DNA of 64,000 nt, from the NCBI GenBank assembly GCA_004556165.1, contig SFIR01000006.1, forward strand, positions 854-64,853, given 5' to 3'. Below, piece after piece: positions 27,625 to 36,008 of the stretch. The stretch's first letter is position 1. Each line of letters starts with the position of its first letter. A program made the position numbers and the translations under genes. The notes beneath the pieces were generated by a model, which was not told where the DNA came from, made no database searches, and saw only the letters and a program-made list of their open reading frames with translations. The stretch is from Clostridiales bacterium (GTDB lineage Bacteria > Bacillota > Clostridia > Christensenellales > CAG-138).

Positions 27625-28866
27625 ATGACTATCGTCGAGTTTTTTGATCTTGCACCTATCGAGAATATCATTTCAAGCCTGACGATGCAGGTGGATAAGG
27701 CTGTTTTCGTCGGAGCTTCAAAGGCCATGCGCAAGCGTGGGGAGCTGTTGAGAAAATTCCTTGCGGATAAGGGCAGAGATATAGAATTTGAATATGTTAT
27801 CATAAATAAATATGATCTCAGCGGCATCGTTGCCGCACTGAGCAGGATTGTCGAGAATGAGGCGGAGCCCGTATTCGATCTCAACGGCGGAGAGGATCTG
27901 CTGCTCGTTGCAATGGGTATAGTCTATGAACGTTACAGGGATAAAAAGCATATCGAGATGCACCGCTACAACATTAAGACCGGAACCGTTACCGACTGCG
28001 ACGATGACGGAAAGGTATTCCCCGAAGCTCACTATAAGCTGTCCGTTGATGACAATATCCGCCTTAACGGCGGTGCGATACGCTATGCCGCCGACGGTAT
28101 GGGCGGAACCTTTGATTGGAAGATTGACGAAGAATTCAGGGCGGACGTCCTGAAGCTGTGGGAAATATGCAAGCGTGCGCCGAACGAGTGGAATAAACGT
28201 ATAGGAATCATGCATGAAGCGGAATGCAGACGCTTTACTGACGCATCGCAGCTGAACATTTCAATAGACAAGGGGTATCTTGTCAGCAAGGCTTCCGGCG
28301 CGGATAAGCTTAAACAGCTCAATGCGTTTCTTGATGAGCTTGATTCCATCGGTGCTGTAAAGGATCTCGTCCGAACCGAAAATGAAATAAGCTACCGATA
28401 TAAAGACATCAGGCTCAGGAACTGCCTGAGAAAGGAAGGCACGGTACTGGAGCTTACAACTCTTATAGCCTCATCCGAGCTAATGGACCGCAGCGGCGAA
28501 AGGCTGTACAACGATGCGATGAACGGGGTAGTCATAGATTGGGACGGCGTGCTCCATTCGCATGGTCGGGATACGTCCGATGTCGAAAACGAAATAGATG
28601 TATTTTTGATGAAAGGGCTTGTGCCAATACTCATCTCCTGCAAAAATGGCATGACCGATACGGATGAGCTCTATAAGCTCCAGACCGTTGCAAACAGGTT
28701 CGGGGGCGGATACGCAAAAAAGGTACTTATTACGACCTACCTTCGCAAGAGCGAGAGGAGCCTTGAATCATTAAAACAGCGCGCAAAGGAAATGAAGATA
28801 CGGCTTATCGAGAACGTCCATTCTATGAGCTTTGAGGAATTCAAAAATAAACTAAAAAACCTGTGA
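27625..28866 (+). CDS. CARF domain + PD-(D/E)xK nuclease-like protein (DUF1887 / Card1-Can2-like), orphan
   Basis: N-terminal Rossmann-like part with DLAPIENI and FDLNGGEDLL loops. C-terminal GTVLELTT...NEIDVFLMKGLVPILISCKNG...YKLQ restriction-endonuclease-like block. SD GAGGTGG. Own promoter and terminator. Confidence 0.6.
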   Translation: MTIVEFFDLAPIENIISSLTMQVDKAVFVGASKAMRKRGELLRKFLADKGRDIEFEYVIINKYDLSGIVAALSRIVENEAEPVFDLNGGEDLLLVAMGIVYERYRDKKHIEMHRYNIKTGTVTDCDDDGKVFPEAHYKLSVDDNIRLNGGAIRYAADGMGGTFDWKIDEEFRADVLKLWEICKRAPNEWNKRIGIMHEAECRRFTDASQLNISIDKGYLVSKASGADKLKQLNAFLDELDSIGAVKDLVRTENEISYRYKDIRLRNCLRKEGTVLELTTLIASSELMDRSGERLYNDAMNGVVIDWDGVLHSHGRDTSDVENEIDVFLMKGLVPILISCKNGMTDTDELYKLQTVANRFGGGYAKKVLITTYLRKSERSLESLKQRAKEMKIRLIENVHSMSFEEFKNKLKNL

Positions 28867-28874
28867 AGGATATG

Positions 28875-28905
28875 AAAAAGCTCTTCAATCGAGAGCTTTT
28901 TGCCG
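28875..28905 (+). terminator. terminator of the CARF-nuclease gene
   Basis: AAAAGCTCT-TCAATC-GAGAGCTTTT followed by T. Confidence 0.55.
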
Positions 28906-29203
28906 AATAAAAATCAGGGGCATATGTATCCCGTGACGGACTTCAAGCAAGGGTATGCGGAAGCGGATAACCCTGTTTTTGTGTTACCGGCTATGCACTG
29001 CGGTAAAACAGCGTACTGAGCCTAAAAATGAAATGCATCCTCCGTTTTCTCGATTCTCACAGCGAACGATTCTTTGATGCAAGGTCATCCATGCGCCCTT
29101 TAGGAAGCGGCTTGAGCTCAATTATCATTTTGGCAGCATGGCGATTATCCATTTAATATGCTGTCTCTTTGATGTCACGTCCATATTTATTTACCGAAAT
29201 TAA

Positions 29204-29235
29204 AAGCAAAGCCCTCGGTTAAGGGGACTTTGCTT
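29204..29235 (-). terminator. terminator of the LRR surface protein gene
   Basis: Minus strand reads AAGCAAAGTCCCC-TTAACCG-AGGGCTTTGCTT followed by TTAATTT. Confidence 0.55.
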
Positions 29236-29298
29236 ATTTAATAATTAACTTATTGTATCTTCATATTGCGCCGATTGCAAACCGCCGCAATATCAGGC

Positions 29299-30900
29299 TC
29301 AGTGCTTTTTCCTTGCGATAATCGCGCCGCCTGCGAGGATTGCGGCAACACCGAGTATGCTCAGGCTGACAGCGCCCGTGGGGGGAACGCCGGGATCGGA
29401 GGGATCACCGGGTTCGGGAGTATAAACGGGCTCGTCGGTAGCGCCGGGTTCAGGGGTCTCAATGGGCGCCTCGGTGGGCTCGGTTTCGTCCGCTTCGAAA
29501 ACTGCGTACAGGGTGTAAGGGGTTCTTTGCTCGTAAGGAAGGCGTGCCTCGGTGGATACTTCGTTGCCGTCGGCATCCAGCCAGCAGACAAAGCGGTTGC
29601 CCTCTTCGGGAGTAGCTTCAAAGAAGTTGATTGCGCCCCATGTTTCGGGATCGACTTCAAAGCCGATTGCCACATAGCCGTTTCCTTCGGATTCAAGAGA
29701 GACGATGTATTCGCCGTCCCACTGGTTGTTGACATGCCATAAGATATCGGTAAGCATGTTGCCGGTACAATAGAACTGCGCGAGTTCGCAGGCAGCCGAT
29801 ACGTCAATCTCGGTGAGATTGTTGTTCACGCACTCAACAGAGATGAGCCTTTCACAGCCTGTAAGGTCAAGCGTTTCAAGCTCGCAATCGTTTACGATAA
29901 CGAACTGTATCCACGGACAGTTGGTAAAGTCAAGCTCTCTTATGGGGTTGTTGCTGCAATTAAGCTGGTAGAGGCCCGTGCATCCCGTCACATCGAGCTC
30001 GGTGATTCCGGTGTTTGTACAGTCGATCTGCAAATTGCTGTCGCAGACGGGAAGCAATAGATATTCAAGCGGCATATCCCTGCAAGTGAGTGCGGTCATG
30101 CACTCGCAGTTGCGCGCGTCAACCTTGGTGATATTGGTGCCGGTAATATTTATCTCATTGATGGACCAGAGACGGGTGAAGTCGATATCGTCATCGCCGA
30201 CACCGGTATTGTTGACATTGAGAATCTCAAGCTGGAGGTCAAAAGCGGAAATGTCGAGATCTTCGATGCCGGGGTTGTCGGAAACATTGAGGGTCTTTAT
30301 GGATTCACAGTCCGCAAGGCCAACGATACTGTCGGAATTCAGATTGTTGCCGAAAATATCAAGCTGGTACATATTGAAACAGCAGGAAACATTGACGGAC
30401 TCCAGATTGGAATATGCGATATGGACTGCGTTAAGGCCCGTACAGAACGAGAAATCCGCGCCGGGGATGTCGCAGCTGGAAAGGAATACGCTCTGAAGGT
30501 ATTCGCATTCGCTGAAATCAACATTGCCCTCGAGTCTACAGGAAAAGCCGTTGTCCAATGCAACAAAACGCATTTCACCATCGATCTCCTCCCAGTAAAC
30601 GCCGTAGCTGGTGGTTCCCCATGGATACTCAACGCTGTAAAGCCACGTTGCGGGGTCCTCGGGATTATATACACCGGGATTGATAGCTTCGCCGTTCTTC
30701 ACGCCGGAAGAATTGACGGTTTCCATGAATACAACGAGCTTTTGGTAATCGTTGTCATTGTAACCTGCGGGCGTTGCGAAATCGGCGGTCGTTTCCGCAA
30801 ACGCATGTTGGGGCATTAGGGAAACTGCGGACATCAGAAGCGCTGCTGCCATGACTGCAACTGTCAACAGAGCAACCAATTTCTTTTGTGGAACCTTCAT
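29299..30900 (-). CDS. cell-wall-anchored leucine-rich-repeat surface protein (xPxTG sortase substrate)
   Basis: SD AGGAGG then MKVPQKKLVALLTVAVMAAALLMSAVS...AFA signal. About 14 Cys-containing 22-aa LRRs (LTELDVTGCTGLYQLNCSNNPIRELDF...), one Flg_new-like repeat, a Pro/Thr/Glu stalk, then VPPTG + TM + RKKH sorting signal. Confidence 0.8.
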   Translation of the reverse strand: MKVPQKKLVALLTVAVMAAALLMSAVSLMPQHAFAETTADFATPAGYNDNDYQKLVVFMETVNSSGVKNGEAINPGVYNPEDPATWLYSVEYPWGTTSYGVYWEEIDGEMRFVALDNGFSCRLEGNVDFSECEYLQSVFLSSCDIPGADFSFCTGLNAVHIAYSNLESVNVSCCFNMYQLDIFGNNLNSDSIVGLADCESIKTLNVSDNPGIEDLDISAFDLQLEILNVNNTGVGDDDIDFTRLWSINEINITGTNITKVDARNCECMTALTCRDMPLEYLLLPVCDSNLQIDCTNTGITELDVTGCTGLYQLNCSNNPIRELDFTNCPWIQFVIVNDCELETLDLTGCERLISVECVNNNLTEIDVSAACELAQFYCTGNMLTDILWHVNNQWDGEYIVSLESEGNGYVAIGFEVDPETWGAINFFEATPEEGNRFVCWLDADGNEVSTEARLPYEQRTPYTLYAVFEADETEPTEAPIETPEPGATDEPVYTPEPGDPSDPGVPPTGAVSLSILGVAAILAGGAIIARKKH

Positions 30901-31066
30901 ATTATACCTCCTGTTATTTAATGAATTTGATATGTTTGTGCTAACCAAACATTATCAATCCATTGCTATGAACAAATTATATCTTTTTCAGGGGGCTTTG
31001 TCAATGGCTTTTTTGGAAAAAATATGCTATCATACCGTTATGAATATGTGAAGGGAGAGAAATGAT

Positions 31067-32158
31067 TTGCTGCATTATAAACCGCTTTCGCTCTATGAAG
31101 CATATTTCTTTTTGCAGAGCATGGCAAACGGTTTTTCCGTTGAGGAATACTTTGAACGCCTCAAGCATCGTCATCCTGCCTGCCGCAGTATCTACAACGA
31201 CTATGAAGGCAGCTTAAAAATGCTCTATGAGCGGCTGGGAAGCGTCTTAAATGACGATGCTGCGGAGATTATTGATAAGCTGTTCACTTCGCTTTCAAAC
31301 GGCTCGAAAGCGAATCGCCTTAATGCGCCTTGCCTTTGCTCGCTGTTTGCTGATGCAATGAGTGCTTTCAGATTCACCGATTATGATGAATTCAGGGCCT
31401 ATCTATACGGTTTTTCGGAAAATGTTCCGGCTCTAATAATTGAAAACGTTTCCGGCGAAACGGTATCGGGCGAATGCGACGCTTCGATGGTTTTTGACGC
31501 GGTCACCGCTTCCGCTCTGCCGCAGAAGAGCAAAAACAACATTATCGCAGCCGCGCTCAACCCCGGAAAATTCATAGATTCGCTTATCGAACTGCTGATC
31601 CCCGTGGCAGAGGAGTATGAGCGCTGTGAGGAAATATGGTCGCCGTTCATAGAGATTTTTCGGGACGACTATCAAAAGTTTGATTCCGAAGCCGATATGA
31701 TGCGAAGCAAGTTCAACTATTCTTGCGATGAGGGGAGCGAGTTTAATTTTTTTCCATCGGTCACAGCGTTTTATCACTGCGATGTGTTCACAGGTATTCC
31801 GAAACCGGGCGAGAAAAAGCTGACGACGGCGTTGATAGGCGTGCTTTACGATACCTTCCAGCGGCAATCCGAAAGTACCGATAACGATGAGAACGAGGTT
31901 GCACGCCTGATGAGCATTTTGGGCGAACCAAGCCGGTTCAAAATCATTCTCCGCCTCATGAACAGCCCGGCGTATGTAGGTGAGCTTGCAAAATGCGTGA
32001 ACCTTGCTCCGTGCACCGTTTCACAGCACTTGAGCGTTCTCACAGGCGCAAAGCTCGTCACTTCCGTTGACAGCGGCAGGCGTGTCTATCATTCAATAAA
32101 CCACGAAAAGGTTGATAAATTCGTCGATGCAATATACTCGATGCTAAGATCAAAATAA
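31067..32158 (+). CDS. ArsR/SmtB-family HTH regulator with a ~270-aa N-terminal domain of unknown function
   Basis: C-terminal LMSILGEPSRFKIILRLMNSPAYVGELAKCVNLAPCTVSQHLSVLTGAKLV...GRRVYHSIN is a typical ArsR wHTH. TTG start 7 nt after AAGGGAGAGA. Divergent from the LRR gene. Confidence 0.65.
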   Translation: MLHYKPLSLYEAYFFLQSMANGFSVEEYFERLKHRHPACRSIYNDYEGSLKMLYERLGSVLNDDAAEIIDKLFTSLSNGSKANRLNAPCLCSLFADAMSAFRFTDYDEFRAYLYGFSENVPALIIENVSGETVSGECDASMVFDAVTASALPQKSKNNIIAAALNPGKFIDSLIELLIPVAEEYERCEEIWSPFIEIFRDDYQKFDSEADMMRSKFNYSCDEGSEFNFFPSVTAFYHCDVFTGIPKPGEKKLTTALIGVLYDTFQRQSESTDNDENEVARLMSILGEPSRFKIILRLMNSPAYVGELAKCVNLAPCTVSQHLSVLTGAKLVTSVDSGRRVYHSINHEKVDKFVDAIYSMLRSK

Positions 32159-32194
32159 CCGGTTTGCTATACGGACGGGAACAGCATAATAGGG

Positions 32195-32225
32195 ACTGCC
32201 GGCTAAGCCGGTAGTTTCTCTTTGC
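32195..32225 (+). terminator. terminator of the ArsR-like gene
   Basis: ACTGCCGGC-TAA-GCCGGTAGT followed by TTCTCTTT. Confidence 0.5.
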
Positions 32226-32287
32226 AGCTGATTTCGCATGTATTATGACGTTGCCTTTTTCTTATCTTGCACCGAGACCTCAAAAGC

Positions 32288-32327
32288 AAAACAGGGCCAA
32301 ACATAGCTGCTTGACCCTGTTTTTGTA
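32288..32327 (-). terminator. terminator of glsA (possibly bidirectional)
   Basis: ACAGGG...CCCTGT stem flanked by T-runs on both strands (TTTTGTATT / TTTTGCTTTTG). Confidence 0.45.
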
Positions 32328-32333
32328 TTCGGA

Positions 32334-33251
32334 TTAGAAAATGCTCAGATACAGCCGTTTGCTCAGCTTTTCAAGGAGCTTGATGCCGGCAATGCTGTTG
32401 CCCTTATCGTCAAGCCCGGGGGAGTAGATACCGATGCCCATACGGGTCGGCACGACTGCCATTATGCCTCCGCCAACGCCGCTCTTTGCCGGTACGCCCA
32501 CGCGCACGGCGAAATCACCGCTTCCGTCATACATTCCGCAGGTCATTAGGATTGCGTTGACATAATGGGCATATTCATGGTTGAATATGCGCTTATATGT
32601 CCCTGCGACCTTGCCGCGGTTTGAGAGCACGAACCCTATATGCGCAAGATCCTTGCTGCTGACGGAGATGGAGCATGCTTTGAAATAGAGATCCAGAACA
32701 TCCTCAACCTCATCGGTTAACATGCCGTAGGTCTTGAGCATGAAGGCGAGCGCACGGTTTTTGTTGCCCGTCATCTTTTCGCTGCGGTAGACGCTTTCGT
32801 TAAGCTCAATATTCGGATTGCAGGCAAGCTCGCGCGTAAGCGAGAGAAGACGGTTGAATTTATCGTTGTAGTCATCACCCTTTATGAGATTGCACATCGC
32901 GATAGCCCCCATATTCACCATGGGGTTGATATGCTCGCTCAAAAGGGCCTGATCGGATACGTTTATAGCGTCAAAGGGCTTACCGGTGGCTTCGACGCCG
33001 ACCTTGCTTCTGACGACCTCCTCGCCGTTATCCATGAGCGCGAGCAGGAGCAGTATCGGCTTTACAATGCTCTGTATAGTGAAGCATTTATTGTAGTCGC
33101 CTGCGCATGCGGAGCGGCCATCGCTGCTCAGAATGTATGCGCCGAAATCTCCCATATCGGCGTTTGCCAGTTCGGGTATGTACGCAGCAAGCCGGCCCGA
33201 GCGCGTATACGGCCTGCATTCCTCCAAAAGCTGTTCAAGCAGTTCTTCCAT
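32334..33251 (-). CDS. glsA: glutaminase A
   Basis: 305 aa. GRLAAYIPELANAD...FTIQSIVKPI...GKPFDAI...NPMVNMGAI...VPAKSGVGGGI match the glutaminase family pattern. Confidence 0.9.
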   Translation of the reverse strand: MEELLEQLLEECRPYTRSGRLAAYIPELANADMGDFGAYILSSDGRSACAGDYNKCFTIQSIVKPILLLLALMDNGEEVVRSKVGVEATGKPFDAINVSDQALLSEHINPMVNMGAIAMCNLIKGDDYNDKFNRLLSLTRELACNPNIELNESVYRSEKMTGNKNRALAFMLKTYGMLTDEVEDVLDLYFKACSISVSSKDLAHIGFVLSNRGKVAGTYKRIFNHEYAHYVNAILMTCGMYDGSGDFAVRVGVPAKSGVGGGIMAVVPTRMGIGIYSPGLDDKGNSIAGIKLLEKLSKRLYLSIF

Positions 33252-33394
33252 ATTATTACTTCCTTATTCCTTTCAACCAATGTATTGTAATTCAATTTAT
33301 CGACTCTGTCAACATAATTTTTTAAGCAAATACGGTTATTTTTGCTTTTATTGCCCTGCATGGGGCGCTAAAACCATAAAAGCCATAAATATAC

Positions 33395-33423
33395 TTGCCC
33401 TATCTGCAAAAAACAACTATAAT
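33395..33423 (+). promoter_or_regulatory. promoter of buk
   Basis: TTGCCC-17 nt-TATAAT, ~65 nt upstream of ATG 33489. Confidence 0.5.
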
Positions 33424-33488
33424 ACCAAAGAATGGAATATGCTTTTGCATACCGATTTTTCAATGTAAGCGAAAGGAATGGTAAAACC

Positions 33489-34568
33489 ATGGAGAATTAT
33501 CGCATTCTTGTTATCAACCCCGGCTCAACCTCCACGAAGGTCGGAGTATTCGAGGGCGAGACCTGCCTGTATGAGGGCACCGTTCGCCACAGCAGGGAAG
33601 AACTGGATAAGTTCCCCGGCATCATCGATCAGGCTCCCATGCGTATGGAGCTTATCAAGAGCCAGCTCAAGGAAAATAATATTGATCTCGCATCTATCGA
33701 CGGCTTCATCGGCAGGGGCGGTATCGTAAAGCCCATGCTCAGCGGAACCTATACCGTAAATGATAAGCTGCTCTATGACCTCGAAAACCTGCCCTCCGCA
33801 CTCTCCCATGCCTCCTGCCTCGGCGGAGTATTTGCAAGGGAGCTGGGCGAGGAATACAATAAACCCTATTTTATTGCCGATCCCGTCGTCGTTGACGAGC
33901 GCACTCCAATCGCCAAGCTCACCGGTCTTCCCGGCGTCGAGCGTCCCTGCGTATTCCACTGCCTCAACCAGAAGGCGGTTGTAAGGCGTTTCTGCAAGGA
34001 GAACGGCAAAAAATTCGATGAGGCAAACGTCATCGTGGCGCATATGGGCGGCGGCATCACCGTAGGCGCACATTGCCGCGGTATGGTCATTGACGTCAAT
34101 GACGGCATAAACGGCGAAGGCCCGTACAGCCCCGAGCGTCTCGGCGGCATGCCCGTAACGGTTGTGCTCGATCTTCTCAAGGAAGGCAAGTATACCATTG
34201 AACAGATGGGCAAGCTCTGCTCCAAGGCAGGGGGCTTTGTCGCCCACTTCGGAACTAATTCCGCTCTTGAAGTCGAGAACCGTGCGCTTGCAGGCGATGA
34301 GCAGGCAAAGCTCGTCTTTGACGGCGTGGGCTACAATGTCGCAAAGACCATCGGCTCCATGGCTGCCGTCCTCAAGGGTGAGGTCGATGCCGTTATCCTG
34401 ACCGGCGGACTTGCATACAGCAAGTATCTCTGCAATTATATCAAGGAAATGATAGGCTTTATCGCTCCCGTATGCGTCTATCCCGGTGAGGGCGAGCTTG
34501 AGGCTCTGGCTGCAAGCGCAATCAGGGTACTCTCCGGCGAGGAGAAAGCAAAGGAATATCAGGGCTGA
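33489..34568 (+). CDS. buk: butyrate kinase
   Basis: MENYRILVINPGSTSTKVGVFEG...GRGGIVKP...VAHMGGGITVGAH...ILTGGLAYS is the ASKHA/butyrate kinase signature. The promoter at 33395-33423 places the TSS downstream of ORF-track start 33432. Confidence 0.9.
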   Translation: MENYRILVINPGSTSTKVGVFEGETCLYEGTVRHSREELDKFPGIIDQAPMRMELIKSQLKENNIDLASIDGFIGRGGIVKPMLSGTYTVNDKLLYDLENLPSALSHASCLGGVFARELGEEYNKPYFIADPVVVDERTPIAKLTGLPGVERPCVFHCLNQKAVVRRFCKENGKKFDEANVIVAHMGGGITVGAHCRGMVIDVNDGINGEGPYSPERLGGMPVTVVLDLLKEGKYTIEQMGKLCSKAGGFVAHFGTNSALEVENRALAGDEQAKLVFDGVGYNVAKTIGSMAAVLKGEVDAVILTGGLAYSKYLCNYIKEMIGFIAPVCVYPGEGELEALAASAIRVLSGEEKAKEYQG

Positions 34569-34586
34569 TTTTAGCTCAATAATAGA

Positions 34587-34627
34587 AATGACGGTATCGC
34601 GTTCTGCGGTGCCGTCATTTTATGTTT
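34587..34627. terminator. terminator between convergent buk and the ABC ATPase gene
   Basis: AATGACGGTATCGC-GTTCT-GCGGTGCCGTCATT followed by TTATGTTT. Confidence 0.6.
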
Positions 34628-34644
34628 AATGAGGAGTACGGATT

Positions 34645-35226
34645 TTACAATGAAACGGATTTATTGCAGCCAAGCAGCCCGACTTCGGTCTCATCATGAG
34701 TGATGATAAGAACGGTGTCAAAGCATTCTCGGATGAGCGAAGCGGTTTTCTTTTTGAGCTCCGCATCAAGACCGGTAAACGGCTCATCGAGTATGAGAAG
34801 GTCTCCGCCGAACAGAAGCGCGCGCGCAACAGCGACCCTGCGCTGCTGACCGCCGGAGAGCTCGGAAGGATATTTGTCTTGATATTCCGAAAGCCCGAGC
34901 GCAGATAGGATATGATCGGCCTTTGCGGCGGCGTCCGGCTCGTTCTGCGCAGGGAGAAGCACATTTTTCCTGACGGTATACCATGGGAAGAGCCTGTTCT
35001 CCTGAAAGACTGCGGAAATCCTTACCCCGTCAAGCCCGATAATTTCGCCTTTTGCGGGCTTTTCAAGCCCAAGCAGCAGCCGCATAACGGTGGTTTTGCC
35101 GATACCGCTCTCTCCGGTCAGCGCAATTATATCGCCTTTTACGATATTAAGGGAAAAATTATTGAGTACGGCTCGTGAAGAGGCCTCCGATGCGTATGAA
35201 AAGCATATGTTTTTAAGCTCTATCAC
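34645..35226 (-). CDS. ABC transporter ATP-binding protein (NitT/TauT family), compact 193 aa
   Basis: Walker A GESGIGKTT, Q-loop VFQE, LSGGQQRRVAVARAL, LILDEPFTGLD. Confidence 0.85.
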   Translation of the reverse strand: MIELKNICFSYASEASSRAVLNNFSLNIVKGDIIALTGESGIGKTTVMRLLLGLEKPAKGEIIGLDGVRISAVFQENRLFPWYTVRKNVLLPAQNEPDAAAKADHILSALGLSEYQDKYPSELSGGQQRRVAVARALLFGGDLLILDEPFTGLDAELKKKTASLIRECFDTVLIITHDETEVGLLGCNKSVSL

Positions 35227-36008
35227 GGCTTTTCCCTCCTGATCGGTGCATGACCAGCTCTTTTCTTCGATGAATTCAGCAAGGCAAGCATCAGCTTTTC
35301 AAGCGCGATGCTCATAATTACTATTGCTGCCGTCCATGCAAAAAGCTCGGGGATTTCAAGATAGATTTTACATTCATAGATAGCCCTGCCGATGCTGAGC
35401 TTGCTGCTCGCAATGACCTCGGCGGCGACGCAGGATTTCCACGCAAAGCCGAAGCCGGCAGTTGCGGCCGAGACGAGATGAGGACGCAGCGCAGGGATAT
35501 GCACGCTTCGGAGGGTCTGAAAGCCCGAAAGCTTAAAGACCTTTGCGGTTTCAATAAGCTCCTTGGGAGCTGCTTCGATGCCGTCATGCACATTTGTCCA
35601 CGAGATAGGAAGCACCATCAGGAACGCGATGAACATAGGCGCAATGCTTGCCGACATATAGAGCAGCACGAGCACTATGAATGAGGTCACAGGCGTTGCC
35701 TTTATGAGGCTGCGAAGCGGAGAGAGAAATGACGAGAGAAAGCTGAATTTTGCCGTGAGTATTCCGAGGACTATGCCGCCGAGCATTCCGAGGGCAAAGC
35801 CGAAGATGACGCGCAGCATGGTGGATGCAAGGCTAAGCCAGAATTCAGCCGTCTTTACCAGCTCAAAAAGCGTTGCAAGAACGATAAAAGGCCCCGGGAA
35901 CAGGAATCTGTTCCCGATGGCCCAGGATACGATCTGCCAAATGAGCAGCCACGCAGCTAAAATAACCATGCTGCGCAGCAGCTTATTTTTTATGATAGGC
36001 TTATTCAC
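35223..36008 (-). CDS. ABC transporter permease (NitT/TauT family)
   Basis: 6-TM permease with an EAA-like loop (ETAKVFKLSGFQTLRSVHIPALRP). I prefer GTG 36008, which overlaps the SBP stop (GGTGAATAA). The start is uncertain; ATG 35969 is an alternative. Confidence 0.75.
   Translation of the reverse strand: MNKPIIKNKLLRSMVILAAWLLIWQIVSWAIGNRFLFPGPFIVLATLFELVKTAEFWLSLASTMLRVIFGFALGMLGGIVLGILTAKFSFLSSFLSPLRSLIKATPVTSFIVLVLLYMSASIAPMFIAFLMVLPISWTNVHDGIEAAPKELIETAKVFKLSGFQTLRSVHIPALRPHLVSAATAGFGFAWKSCVAAEVIASSKLSIGRAIYECKIYLEIPELFAWTAAIVIMSIALEKLMLALLNSSKKRAGHAPIRREKP

Noticed and set aside
27367-32333. CRISPR array, cas genes, a cyclase or mobile-element genes were looked for next to the CARF nuclease gene.
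   Set aside because: No spaced direct repeats and no Cas10/Csm/Cmr-like, CD-NTase-like, integrase or transposase ORFs are found here or elsewhere in the window. The island-like character rests only on gene content.
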